Shown here: piece after piece, positions 49,915-63,182 of the stretch
How positions within the stretch are numbered: the first letter of the stretch is position 1
How the letters are laid out: each line of letters opens with the position of its first letter
DNA from: Octopus bimaculoides
Lineage: Eukaryota
Reading direction: 5' to 3'
Assembly: GCF_001194135.2 (NCBI RefSeq)
Contig: NC_068983.1
Coordinates: 39,003,578-39,067,577, forward strand
DNA: 64,000 nucleotides
The notes under the pieces: generated by a model
Told to the model about the DNA's origin: nothing
Seen by the model: the letters and a program-made list of their open reading frames with translations, nothing else
Database searches by the model: none
Made by a program: the position numbers and the translations under genes

Positions 49915-50407
49915 TAAAGTTTAATCTATTTTTATCGATCTAGCTGTCGACTATTCTCACTAATCGATACTTCCATCCAAAGTGAATGGCTTTTACAAAT
50001 TACAATGGTATTTTGATTCAGAAATAGGTATAATAAGACTGTCTGCTGGATTAGTGAACCATGATTGCGCAAGCCTGTAATCAAAGAAGCGCTCAAGCCG
50101 CGATCATCTTGTTTTCGTTTAAAGTATAATGTATCTAGGACTGCATTATCCTGCTTCCTTCCTTTTTAAGACGGTTGAATGTAATTTCAGGGAGATTTCT
50201 GACAGATCGAGTGACGACGTAGAGTCTCCCTCTTACTTCCTCTGCTGTTGTTGTTGTTGTTCTTACCGATATTGCTGCTTTTGCTGTTGTTGTTTCGCGC
50301 TTGCTCAGCTACGACCAAGCAGGCTTGTAATCAGAAGTGTTCCAGCCTTGATCAAGCATAGCGTCATTTCTTCAGACATGGTGAATCTAGGGCTACATTA
50401 TCTAAAG

Positions 50408-51695
50408 CTGTCTTTCTCAACTGGGGTCCATATTGGATTTTTTTTTTGATAACATTTATGTGCAATTACTAATATTTCTGCAATACACCAAATATTCCAA
50501 CAATTATATATACAGTAATCCTCGCCATATCGCGGTTCACCTATCGCGCACTCAGTACATCGCGGATTTTTCTGGCTAATATATCTCTTTTACTCTTTTA
50601 CTTGTTTCAATCATTTGACTGCGGCCGTGCTGGAGCACCGCCTTTAGTCGAATCAAATCGACCCCAGGACTTATTCTTTGTAAGCCTAGTACTTATTCTA
50701 TCGGTCTCTTTTTGCCGAACCACTAAGTTACGGGGAACTAAACACACTGGCATCGGTTGTCAAGCGATGTTGGGGGGGGGGGGACAAACACAGATACACA
50801 TACATATATATATATACATATATACGACGGGCTTCTTTCAGTTTCTGTCTACCAAATCCACTCACAAGGCTTTGGTCGGCCCGAGGCTATAGTAGAAGAC
50901 ACTTGCCCAAGGTGCCACGCAGTGGGAATGAACCCGGAACCATGTGGTTGGTAAGAAAGCTACTTACCACACAGCCACTCCTGCGCCTATATAAATTTAT
51001 ATCGCGGACTCCTCAGTATATCGCGGGTTTCTGCGGCCGATAGGTATCTATATTNNNNNNNNNNNNNNNNNNNNNNNNNNNNNNNNNNNNNNNNNNNNNN
51101 NNNNNNNNNNNNNNNNNNNNNNNNNNNNNNNNNNNNNNNNNNNNNNNNNNNNNNNNNNNNNNNNNNNNNNNNNNNNNNNNNNNNNNNNNNNNNNNNNNNN
51201 NNNNNNNNNNNNNNNNNNNNNNNNNNNNNNNNNNNNNNNNNNNNNNNNNNNNNNNNNNNNNNNNNNNNNNNATATATACACGACGGGCTTCTTTCAGTTT
51301 CTGTCTACCAAATCCACTCACAAGGCTTTGGTCGGCCCGAGGCTATAGTAGAAGACACTTGCCCAAGGTGCCACGCAGTGGGAATGAACCCGGAACCATG
51401 TGGTTGGTAAGAAAGCTACTTACCACACAGCCACTCCTGCGCCTATATAAATTTATATCGCGGACTCCTCAGTATATCGCGGGTTTCTGCGGCCGATAGG
51501 TATCTATATTTTTTTTGGATTTTAATTATTTCTGTGGGAGGTTTTGGAACGTAATACCCGCGATAGTCAAAGGATTACTGCATATACAATTCCTAATATT
51601 ATTCAATACTTTTAAATATCGAGTGGCTATGAGGGTCTACCCGAGTAAAATAGGGATCAAAGGGGTTCATAGGTAAAAATGGTTGAGAACCATTG
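50408..51695. mobile_element. hAT-type MITE with perfect 8-bp TSD ATCTAAAG, containing nested elements
   Basis: ATCTAAAG at 50400-50407 and 51696-51703; ends CTGTCTTTCTCAAC / GGTTGAGAACCATTG; same family as 10156-10611. Confidence 0.85.
50513..51580. mobile_element. Tigger/pogo-like MITE interrupted by a family A SINE (~50582-50990)
   Basis: TA|CAGTAATCCTCG... and ...AGGATTACTG ends; ATCGCGG subterminal motifs; related to 57848-58140. Confidence 0.8.
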
Positions 51696-53274
51696 ATCTA
51701 AAGCGTTATTCCTCAACCTTTTTTTTTTATGAGAAAAAGAAGTTTGGCTGCTATTTCGCGTATATCAGGCAACCACGTAAAGTAGAGATTTTCGAAGTGG
51801 TCGATTATAGATTCTTAGTAGTCGATGGAACGGGGACGAAAAAATCTCGATGTGTGGATACAATTCTGGGGATCATCAGATAGTCTACAGGGTCACGGTC
51901 GAAGAAGTTTAAAATCTAAATAATTTTTCTCATGTTAAATAAAAGGGAAGTCCTTAGAGATAGACGGGGCCATCTTAGCAACATTATAGCCTGCCCCCGC
52001 CGGGTAAAAAGGGTATAGTGGATCCTAAAGTATTTACTCACTGACAGTAAACCACAGCACACACAGATCAGAATTGGGTCCCTAGACTCGTGGTGTCCTT
52101 GAGCAACTGTCCAGTGGGCCTATGCCTTAAGACGCCACCGGGAAGACCACAGGTGAGGTAAGTGGCACTCCGTTAGTGACGACGACGAGTGTTCTAGTTG
52201 ATTTGATCAATGTAACAGCCTGCTTGTGAAATGAACGTGCAAGTGGGCTGAGTACTTCACAGACACGCGTACCCTTAACGAGGATTCATCATGACACAGA
52301 GTGTGACAAGGTTCGCCCTTTCAATTACGGGTACAACTCATTTTTGCCAGCTGAGTGGATTGGAACAACGTAAAATGATAAAAATATATATATATGCTCA
52401 AAGACACAATGCACCGTCGGGAATCGAATTCATGTCCTTACGATCGTGAGCCGAGTACCCTAACCACTAAGCCAAAAAGAAAAAAATATTCATACCTTCG
52501 GTTGTTCTTGCTTGGGGATCCAGTCAGGTCATTTGCTGCCAGTAGCTTGTGATAGGACCCTGTGGAAAGCGCGTCTGAGAACTCTACCCCCACCCTACCC
52601 TACCCCCATCAACGCGCGCGTACGCGCACACACACATGACCCCTACCCCCCAGGACTAAGTGGATGATGAAGATGGGCGGCGATGGATAGATGGATGATC
52701 AAGTCTCTAATCTGTAAATCACATACGAACGTAAGGCTCGTTGCAATAATTATTCAAATGCAAAGAATTTATTCAAAATACTCTATAATTTTGCTTGAAA
52801 AGATAACTTTATAATTTATATACTTAATATTAAAAAAGTGAGTAACTAAAGTCATTTTATTCTCTCTCTCTCTTTCTCTCTATCTCTCTCTCTTCTCTTT
52901 CTCACCCCCCCCCCCCTTTTTTTATCTCTTATAGCTCTATACCACTCTTTGACTGAGCTCTTTGAAGTAGCGCTTTTGGTTTCGAAACGAAAGGTTACAA
53001 CTAACATATTCGTGACAGGAAAGATACATAGTTATTTAATCTGTTTTCCTCTCTTTTGTAAACCCTCTCTCTCTCTCTCTCCTTTTCTTTTCTCACGCAC
53101 AAGCATACCCACATGTATATATGTAGACATAACTGCAACTATATATATATATATATATATATGCGTGTGTGTGTGTGTGTGTGTGTGTTGGTGTACGTGT
53201 GCGGTGTGTATACATACATGTATGTAGATGTATTCACACACATACATTCATATATATACATATATGTAAATGTA

Positions 53275-53312
<38 letters not shown>

Positions 53313-54337
53313 NNNNNNNNNNNNNNNNNNNNNNNNNNNNNNNNNNNNNNNNNNNNNNNNNNNNNNNNNNNNNNNNNNNNNNNNNNNNNNNNNNNNNNNN
53401 NNNNNNNNNNNNNNNNNNNNNNNNNNNNNNNNNNNNNNNNNNNNNNNNNNNNNNNNNNNNNNNNNNNNNNNNNNNNNNNNNNNNNNNNNNNNNNNNNNNN
53501 NNNNNNNNNNNNNNNNNNNNNNNNNNNNNNNNNNNNNNNNNNNNNNNNNNNNNNNNNNNNNNNNNNNNNNNNNNNNNNNNNNNNNNNNNNNNNNNNNNNN
53601 NNNNNNNNNNNNNNNNNNNNNNNNNNNNNNNNNNNNNNNNNNNNNNNNNNNNNNNNNNNNNNNNNNNNNNTGTATATATACACATACATACATACATACA
53701 CAAACACACATACATATAAATACATACACGCGCTCTCTATCACACACACACACACACACACACACACAACGCGTGCATGGATACACCTGCGAACACCCAC
53801 ACGTACAGTGTCGACAATTCTTTTAGGAATGTAACTTATAGATTGTCAACGTCTTTCTGCGAGGTGTTCTTTCAAAACACAATTGCGTCGATATTTGCCA
53901 GATTTTTATTCGATTAAACTGGTAAAAAAAAGAAAGAAAAAATGATCGAAAGCAAATATAAAACCGTGAATATGCATACGTATATAAACTGCATTTGTCG
54001 GCGTATTAGACGTGCTTACCAAAAAGTCACCCTCCGCGTAATGCGGTTGTATTACGGACGGGAGACTGAGTTTTGTGAGTTAGGGAGCCAGATAAGCATA
54101 AGTCCGGTGGTACGATAAATGTTACTAATAATAAAATATAGAAAATAAATCAAGATATCATAACCTGTTACCACAAACTTACAAAAAATAGCTTGCGGTA
54201 CGTCGGCAGTTATGTAGAAGTCACATCATCCCAGTATACCGCCTTTTCTGTTTACATAGCCCTCACCTGAAAGATATTTTACATTATTTAATGATTGACT
54301 GTATTACCTTTACAAAACATTTGGTTATTATCTAAAT

Positions 54338-54622
54338 TAACGCTTCTCAAACTGTGGGTTACGACCCCAAATGGGGTCGCGAAAATTAAATTCAAACACT
54401 AGAATTTCAGTTTATGTGTTATTTCACAAATCCTAAAACTACTTTATTTAGACAAATAATATAACTACTTTTTTTTATATACATATATTGTTTAGAAAAA
54501 AAAAAAAGATAAATGATTTATATATTTATTTGTATGTTTTATTTCATACTTAATACCTGGGATCGCGAAAAATCTCGTGATGAAAAATAGGGTTATGAAC
54601 GAAATATGTTTAAGAAGCGCTG
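54338..54622. mobile_element. hAT-type MITE
   Basis: Ends TAACGCTTCTCAAAC / GTTTAAGAAGCGCTG; TSD ATCTAAAT / ATCTGAAT. Confidence 0.75.
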
Positions 54623-55077
54623 ATCTGAATAAATAACGTATTAGCTCTTTGCAACGAATGGATGACTGCAAGACCATAGTTGTAGTGCACCACCCTTAGT
54701 GGCCAATCGCAGTAATACCAAAACATCATAACAAAAATTACGAGTTTTACATCTCGTATGACAATTCTTTTGACAAAAGAAAAAAAAAAAAGTAGGCAGT
54801 TAATTTAAAAGACAAAACTGAAATATGAAACACGTATGACGAAGTTTATAGGCGCTGAATTAATGTTTTTTTATGCTTTATTCCACTATACTCTCACAGC
54901 ATTGTAGTTATATACAAAATCACACATTCCTCCTTCAAAACCATTCTATATCTGGTGCTGGTATAGTATGCGGTCTACCACGGTGTCAAACAGTATAGCC
55001 AGGGTTATCTATCTTATCTTTCAGAGATAAAACACTTCGTACATTATAAAGGAATTTCACAAATAAGAAAAATTGAA

Positions 55078-55750
55078 TCTTATATTCTTTTATATGATAA
55101 AGAAATTACACAGATAAACCAAGACAATCCATTTTTACGATAAACACTTCTTATGTCATTAAGGAACAATAGAAATAAATCACCTGAGTCTTTCCTCATC
55201 ATCTTCCAGCAGAAATGAACAAGATGTGACTGGAAAAGCTCAGTACCGACGCCTCTCATTTTGTTCAGAATCATAGTTTTAGCATCTAACCATGATCACT
55301 CAATGGCCTGAGCGTGTGATCCGGTCACTGGATCCACATAATGTCGTTAATGGTTCACTCGTCTGAACGAATTACTAAACCTTTTCCATATTCTCTCTCG
55401 ATAATTGGGATCAGACTGTTCCCGTCACGCCGTTCCACACAAAAGTATCGACAGAATGAGCCTTATTTGAGACCAAAAACCCACGGCCCATCAATTCTAT
55501 GTCCATGGTTCCTTTCGTTTCGTTGTTCTGCATCACTGTCTTCGAAGAGAAGAGCGCTGTCGCCATTCAGCATTCTTCCTCGATTGTATTTTCGTCGACC
55601 AGCAAATTTTGCTTCATCGATCTGAGTGGGGTTATCGTTTGTTCCAACCATCTTCCCTCGTCATTCATGATAAACTATGGCTCCACACACCTCGTGGCAC
55701 ATATTGTACCCGTCAGTTATTGTATTTTTAGATGTTCCTGTTAGAGCCAC
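55078..55750 (-). pseudogene. Merlin (IS1595/ISXO2-like DDE) transposase relic
   Basis: TGTSKNTITDGYNMCHEVC...QIDEAKFAGRRKYNRGR...GPWVFGL...LIPIIERE..GLVIRSDE*...VNH*RHYVDPVTGSHAQAIE*SW...RG..FQSHLVHFCWK; all three catalytic-motif regions visible; stops and a deletion. Confidence 0.85.
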
Positions 55751-56213
55751 TGCTGTGGTTATGGGTATATCCATGACGAAAAAAAAAGTTCTAAAATCTC
55801 ACTCAGGCTCTGGTTGCAGTTTAATTTGTTGTTAATGTCCGTATAATGGAAAAATTGGTCACTCTTTCGTTTTTCTTGCATGACAGTACCGCCTCGATGG
55901 CAGGGATCTGCTTCTTGTGTATCCAGCAGATTGTAATCTTGTAAAAATGTGTCTGCTGTTTCCGCTGTCAAGATGACACGTGTATAAAAATCTTTCAGCA
56001 ACATATCAACGTGAGGTAAACCGCAAGGGAAAAGGTGAAGTGATAACGAATAGTTTTTTGGGGGGGAGGGGACGAGTCGATTATATCGACCCCAGTGTTT
56101 CATTGGTACTTAATTTATTGACCCCGACGGAATTTGAAATCAGAACGTAAAGACGGGCGAAATGCCGCGAAGCATTTTGCCCGGCGTGCTAACGATTGTA
56201 CAAGCTCGCCACC

Positions 56214-56250
<37 letters not shown>

Positions 56251-56394
56251 TTATAATAATCTTAAAATCTTTTAGACATTGCAACGAAAACGAAAGAAAA
56301 AGTTTAGAAATCGTCCAACTGTAATGTAATTTCTCAAATCACCGTCTTAAGCTGATGTTGAAAGTGGAATAAAATGAAAAACAAAAGCGAGAAA

Positions 56395-56950
56395 TGTCAT
56401 ATACCATTGGAGACAATATTATCATTATACCAGCCGTAATGGCTGTCACAGAAACTATTATGAAGAACTCTCAGCTTATTCTTAAGATTATTCCTCTGAG
56501 TATTCAGTACAGTACAACACTGCATTGATGAGATGTCAGAAAATATTGAAAAGACGATAATTTCAGAATTTCAAAAGTGTAATTTATGCTACTCAGCTTG
56601 ACGAATCACCGTTTGGGAGTTCTAATATACTCAAGGACTATGTAAAGTACTGCGCAGTAGTAGTTCAAATAGTTCTTATAAATGCACTGTTGGTGAATTT
56701 CTCTTTGACAAATATCTTGAGGCTGCCACTCAGTGGCGGGTGGAATGATCATCTTGTGGTTGGACGAATATTTGAGGAAGTGTCCGCCATTCATGTTAAA
56801 TCATTACGGCATTTGTTTCTGATGGTGCACTTAGCTTGGATTGAGATGTACTGAGGTTTTTCAGCCGCTTTTAACGGAAAAGCTGCTAATAAGAGAGCAT
56901 GTATGCAATGCACATTGTTTTACCCTGAAAACAATTTCGTAACCAAAAAT
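56395..56950 (+). pseudogene. hAT (Buster/Charlie-type) transposase relic
   Basis: YTIGDNIIIIPAV...IPLS..TVQHCIDEMSENIEKT...YATQLDES...YVKY and later (C)VSDGA, matching HTIGE.LI.PA / PLSN.TV.RRIDEM / QLDES / DGA motifs; frameshifted. Confidence 0.75.
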
Positions 56951-57390
56951 AATTCTTTGTAATTTTTGGTACAAAATCAGGAGTTTTGAGGTTACTTACT
57001 TTAGTGACTTCGAAAGGATGGAAGCAAAGTCAACCTCAGTGATAGTTGAACTCAGAGCATAAAGACGGACAAAATATCGCTAAGCATTTTGCCCCACTTG
57101 CAAACTACTCTGCTAGCTCGCTGCTCTCTTGTGACAAAATAATAATAATAATTATTATTATTATTATTATCATAATAATCCTTTCTACGAGAAGCGCAAG
57201 GCCTCAAATTTGGGGGGAAGGGGTATAGTCGCTTTCATCGGCCCAGTGCGTAACTGGTACTTATTTAATCGACCCCGAAAGGATGAAAGGCAAAGCCGAC
57301 CTCGGCGGAGTTTGAACTCAGAACGCAGGGACAGTCGAAATACCGCTTAGCACTTTGTCTATCGTGTTAACGATCTGCCAGCCCACTGCC

Positions 57391-57567
<177 letters not shown>

Positions 57568-57847
57568 TAAAAAAAAATAAAAAAAATTAAAAAAAAAAAA
57601 ATAAAAAAGAAGAAGAAGAATCTTTAAAAGATTTTTTGCATATCGAAATAAGATATAAACAAGGGTGAGTTGAGCTTCTTTGATTAAACAATAGAGTCCC
57701 TTAATTAGGTAACGAAGCTGTTTTTATGCTTAAATTAAAAACAATTATTTATGATCTGTTACAAAGTAACAGTTCATAAAACATCACAGCTGTTTTAGAT
57801 TCTAAATTTAGTGGAGAATCGGTTACAAGAGAAAGGTTTTGGCTATA

Positions 57848-58140
57848 CAGTAATCCCTCGATTATCGCGGGTGTTACGTTCCAAAACACCCATTGATAGG
57901 TGAAAATTCGCGAAGTAGAAACTACTGTATATTTTTTAAAATTATTTTTATAATTTGTATATATTTATATTTACCCCTCTCCTAACATAATGGGGAATAG
58001 ACCTGAGTGTATATAAAAAGAATAAGAAAGTATATATATATATATATATTTATATATTATTATTATAAATGCAAAACAACACCACGGAGGAATCGATGTA
58101 AGCTTAAATAATAAACCGCGATAGGTGAACCGCGATATGG
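57848..58140. mobile_element. Tigger/pogo-like MITE lacking its right TIR
   Basis: TA|CAGTAATCCCTCGATTATCGCG...; ends CCGCGATAGGTGAACCGCGATATGG, the reverse complement of the 50520 region. Confidence 0.75.
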
Positions 58141-58164
58141 AAGTCATATTTTAAGATTTCAAGT

Positions 58165-58202
58165 AAATACAATCTTTTGCCAAATGGCAAAAGATTGTAT
58201 TT
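58165..58202. repeat. Perfect 18-2-18 palindrome
   Basis: AAATACAATCTTTTGCCA-AA-TGGCAAAAGATTGTATTT. Confidence 0.95.
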
Positions 58203-59574
58203 TATTTGTTTAAGCTATTGGTTTTGCGGCCATAACGGAGCACCGCCGTGGAGGGGTTTTAGTCAAATAAATCGACCACAGTACTTTTATTTTTCTTCTT
58301 GAAAGTCTATTTTTTTTCCATTGGTCTCTATTTGCCGAACCGCTAAAGTTACGCGGACGCAAACAAAGCAACACTGGTTGGCGTGTGTGTTTGTTGTGAG
58401 AAGAAATGTACCATAATGATGGTACTTCTGCTCTTCTTGACATATTTTGTTGTGATTTAGGGTTTATCTTTGTGAGTCATTTTTGTTTAAAGACTCAAGT
58501 CTTGTATTTGGAATTTTATTTGTTTATGTTGGCGATTTGACTGCCACAGAAACTGCTACTGCTGCTGCTACTACTGCTCAAAAACTGATAACCTCGAATA
58601 AGGTTTAATCATATTAAGAGCAAATGGTTGATATTTTGAAAACCAACCACATGATGATTGATGTATATCAGTAAATTGATAGATCAATTAATGTTCCCAG
58701 GTCGCATTAGATAAACTAAGTAGATAAAATTTGGATGTTGGTACATAGCGAGGTTGTCACTAATTCACGAAGCAAATTGATCTCGAAAAGGATGGTGGTC
58801 GGGTTAAATCCAGCATTGTTTCTGTATTGTCTTTCACTCGGTTCAGGCATTGGTCTCCGGTCATGCTGGGGCACCCCGTTGAAAAGTTTTAACCGAACAG
58901 ACTGATCCCTGTACTTATTCAAACCTGCTACTTATTCTTTCTGTCTCTTTTGTCGAGCTGCTAAGATACTGGACATATACAAACTAACAACGGTTGCGAG
59001 ACACATGCACAAAGACACATATACTCTCACATACATGTACACACGCACACTCACTCACTCTTTCTCTCTCTCTCACTCACTCTCTCACACACACACACAC
59101 ACACTCACACACACACACACACACACACGCACAAGGTGCGTGGCTTAGTGATTAAGGTATTCTGCTCATGATCATAAGGTCGTGAGTTCGATTACTGGCG
59201 GCGCGTTGTGTCTTTAAGCCAGACACTTTATTTCACCTTGCTCCAGTCCACTCAGCTGACAGAAATGAGTAGTATCTGTATACTAAATGGCCACCCGTGT
59301 CACATTTTGNNNNNNNNNNNNNNNNNNNNNNNNNNNNNNNNNNNNNNNNNNNNNNNNNNNNNNNNNNNNNNNNNNNNNNNNNNNNNNNNNNNNNNNNNNN
59401 NNNNNNNNNNNNNNNNNNNNNNNNNNNNNNNNNNNNNNNNNNNNNNNNNNNNNNNNNNNNNNNNNNNNNNNNNNNNNNNNNNNNNNNNNNNNNNNNNNNN
59501 NNNNNNNNNNNNNNNNNNNNNNNNNNNNNNNNNNNNNNNNNNNNNNNNNNTGTATGTATGCATATATATATTCG

Positions 59575-59763
59575 TTTATACTTTTATTTGTTTCGGTCAT
59601 TTGACTGTGACCATGCTGGAGCACCACCTTTAGTCGAATAAATCAACCCCAGGACTTATTCTTTGTAAGCCTAGTACTTATTCTATCGGTGTCTTCTGCC
59701 GAACCGCTAAGTTACGAGGACGTAAACATACCAACATCAGTTGTCAAGCAATGGTGGGACACA

Positions 59764-59809
<46 letters not shown>

Positions 59810-59960
59810 AACGATGGGCTTCTTTCAGTTTCCGTCTACCAAATCCACTCACAAGGCTTGGTCGGCCCAGGGCAATGGTAGAAGACACCTAAGATGCCAC
59901 CGGTTGGGACCGAAACCCAATACCGTATCGTTGGGAAGCAAACTTCTTACCACACGGCCT
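59575..59960 (-). mobile_element. Full-length SINE family A
   Basis: Both halves and central (CA)n present. Confidence 0.9.
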
Positions 59961-60569
59961 AGCCTCTCGTAATATTTTCTTTAAAGAAACAAACCGTGAC
60001 ATTAATAACTCATCGTAAGTGCGAGTCTTGAAGTGAACACAACCATAAATTACAGCAGGTAAATACACTAAGCTTAAAAAAGAAAACTGTAAATGGACAA
60101 AAGGTCAAAGGCTACTTACTGCATTCACCTTTAAAATAATTTATTTTGTATCTTCCAAAGCGTCTGCATCTTCACGATGTAAAACAAGTTTTTGTCTGGC
60201 AAGGCGCCGAATTTGAGACATATCTAAATATGTCTAGATAGTTATGGTGGTGTCATGATCGACTAAGTAGCAAGGTTTCCTGCAGCAGTTACCACGTGTC
60301 GGTCTGTTCGCCTATGTACAAATTATAGTTAACTGTGGGAGGCTGCTTTATTCTTTTATTTGTTTCAGTCATTTGACTGCGCCCATGCTGGAGCACCGCC
60401 TTTAGTCGAGCAAATCGATCCCAGGTCTTATTCCTTTGTAAGCCTAACTTATTTTCGGGATCGATAAATTAAATACCAGTGAAATTCTGGGGGGTCGATG
60501 TAATTGACTAGTCCCCGCCTCCTAAAATTTCAGGCCTTGTGCCTATTTTTACAAAGGATTAATTACACT

Positions 60570-60880
60570 TTCTTGCTGGTTTCTCAAGCGTGACCGACTG
60601 AGATTAGAGACATTATCCAGCCATTTCGTTCTTGGTCTACTCTTAAGTTTCCTGCCGATTAGCTCGGCTTGAAGAATCCATTTTGCGTTTCTTTTCCTGC
60701 GATATTCTAATCACGTGTCCGTTGTCCCAGCACTGTGACCATTCAATGTGAAGAAGTAGCAGTTGGACCCAGAGAGATTTTCTGATCTCCTAGTCACGTA
60801 CCCTGTCGAGTAACTTTACCCCAGAAATTTTTCGAAGGAATCCCATTTCGGTTACTTGTATTCGAGATTGTACTTTTTCA
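60570..60880 (-). mobile_element. RTE-clade LINE 3' coding relic
   Basis: LLLHIE.SQ..GHVIR.SQE...ILQAELIGRKLKSRPRTKWLDNVSNLSRSRL matches the RTE W.GHV.R...GRPRT.WLD region. Confidence 0.7.
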
Positions 60881-61290
60881 GTCATTAACCAACATTCATG
60901 ATCTTAGATGAGAAAAGGACGGAAACCAAATTGAAGATAGCTTGGGGAATCCATTAATTTTATTAACAGAGCTCTCATTATGCCGCGTTCACAGGCACCT
61001 GCTTGTATGGATGCTCGCCAAAAAGAAACCCAGGCGATAATGTGGGACTAGTGATGCATTATTTACATTGCAACTTCATGAACAGATATGGTGAAACAGA
61101 TTTAAAGATTGTGAAAAATTATTCACTAATCTTCATTTCGTACATCAATGGCTGTTATGTTTTCTCATAAATATGATTGTTTTCATATTATACAGAATCA
61201 AGCTCCCAGATTCACAATCTTGATAGTGTAAAATAAAGAATTTTTTGTTGTACTCTGTATAAAACATACGTACAGTATTCAAGTTATATA

Positions 61291-61329
<39 letters not shown>

Positions 61330-62032
61330 CATACATTCTATACATTAGCTATGTTATATAGATTGTTTGCATAAAATTATCAAATTTCACTGTCCACACT
61401 TCTGGGGAATTTACTTTCTATATTTTCTAAAAGCCCGTCAACTTCGTGTTGATCCAAATGTTTTTTAAAAATCATGTGATTATAGAATATTGCTCTTCTT
61501 AACTTGTCATATTGTTTGACGGCATTTCAAATAAATACATTTCTTATGAAGGCTTAATAGATAAATAAATAAACTTCCATTCATTTCTTTATACTCTCAT
61601 TGTTAACTTGTTTATTTTTGTTCATCTTTCTTACCCGATTCTTTTCTGAATAACGATTCAACAACATTCCATCGTCAATGCCTCACCAATTTCTTTACAT
61701 GGTCCCTGTTAATTAAGAGCAGTAACCTCAGGCATTCCTTTCTCAATAAATCACTTGAAGAGCCTACTCTTACGTGTTAAAGCATCGACCATTTACTGTG
61801 TTACTGAAGCAGATTGGTTCCATCTGCACGTGTTTTATGTATGTTATCATAACTATTTTAATTAATGTTTGCGCTGGTTTCCACATGCCAACCATTTTTT
61901 TTTTTTATGCATAATTATCCTGAAATTAAACTGTCATTATATCTACCCTGTTAATACGCCTAAAACCTGAACTCACCGCAGTGCATTCTTCGTTTTGACT
62001 TCGTTGCGTCTACCAACTAACCTGAACCACGC

Positions 62033-62070
<38 letters not shown>

Positions 62071-62183
62071 TCGCGTCTGCTAATACTTTACATGTATCAC
62101 GTCCTCGCGTTGTTGTTTTTTTTGTGTTTGTTCTTCGTTTTATTTGGATTTACTATCTATCTGTCTGTCTGTCTGTCTGTCTA

Positions 62184-62299
<116 letters not shown>

Positions 62300-62996
62300 T
62301 GTATATACACATGTGGATGTAAGTATGTACATATATGTGTGTATACATGTATATATATTCTTTGTATTATATATATATATATATATATATACATACAGTT
62401 TTAGGGAAAAGAACCAAGGTTCATGAACTCATCGATGAAGATCCACTGTCACATATAGAAAAAATTATATATATATATAGAGAGAGAGAGAGAGGATTTT
62501 CCCGTCGATTTCGACGTATACGTTATGTCGTTTGTTTATTTACCGTACATTTTTTCATCACATATATAAATAATGCAAGTGGGTGGCCATCTCTATCCGT
62601 TTGCCCTTTCACGGATCTTGTTTATCACCATACACAGCGTCTCAAAACCACCTTGCTCACCAAACAGTCTTGGCGATATTGCTGGCTTGGTCGTCCACCC
62701 AATGGGTTGTACAGGGTTACATGTTACCAGTAACACTCAAGAGCGAGCGACCTTGCAAATCTCTTCGTATTCATTTCCATGTATTTTATCTGAATACTTG
62801 TTCTCTTAGTCGTTGCTGTTTAGCACCAAGTCGACCATGGCCATCTCGATTTTTCTTCGGACACAGAATATTCCAGTTCCTATTTATCTTTCCTTTTATT
62901 TATCTATCTATTTATTTATTTATTTATATTAAAGACAGTGTGTGATTTGAGGGAGATTTGACTGTTAATGCTAGTATATTTTTAGGCTCCCTAGAG

Positions 62997-63182
62997 CAAT
63001 GGTTCTCATCATTATTTAATATTCGACCAGATCCAAAGCCTGGATTTTTTAGGGGGTCCTTACACAAAAACAACAACAACAAAAAACACAAAACACGAGT
63101 CAATAAAAGAAACATATTTATAGAAGAAAGACAGTTGGGTGCCACCGGAAGGATGCTCGAGGGCCGCTGTTGAGAATCGCTG
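62997..63182. mobile_element. Short hAT-type MITE
   Basis: Ends CAATGGTTCTCA / TGAGAATCGCTG; TSD CCCTAGAG / CTCTAGAA. Confidence 0.65.

Noticed and set aside
61775-61826. MEPICFSNTVNGRCFN, reminiscent of a TB-domain start, with a good minus-strand donor
   Set aside because: The acceptor is purine-rich and no companion exons are visible.
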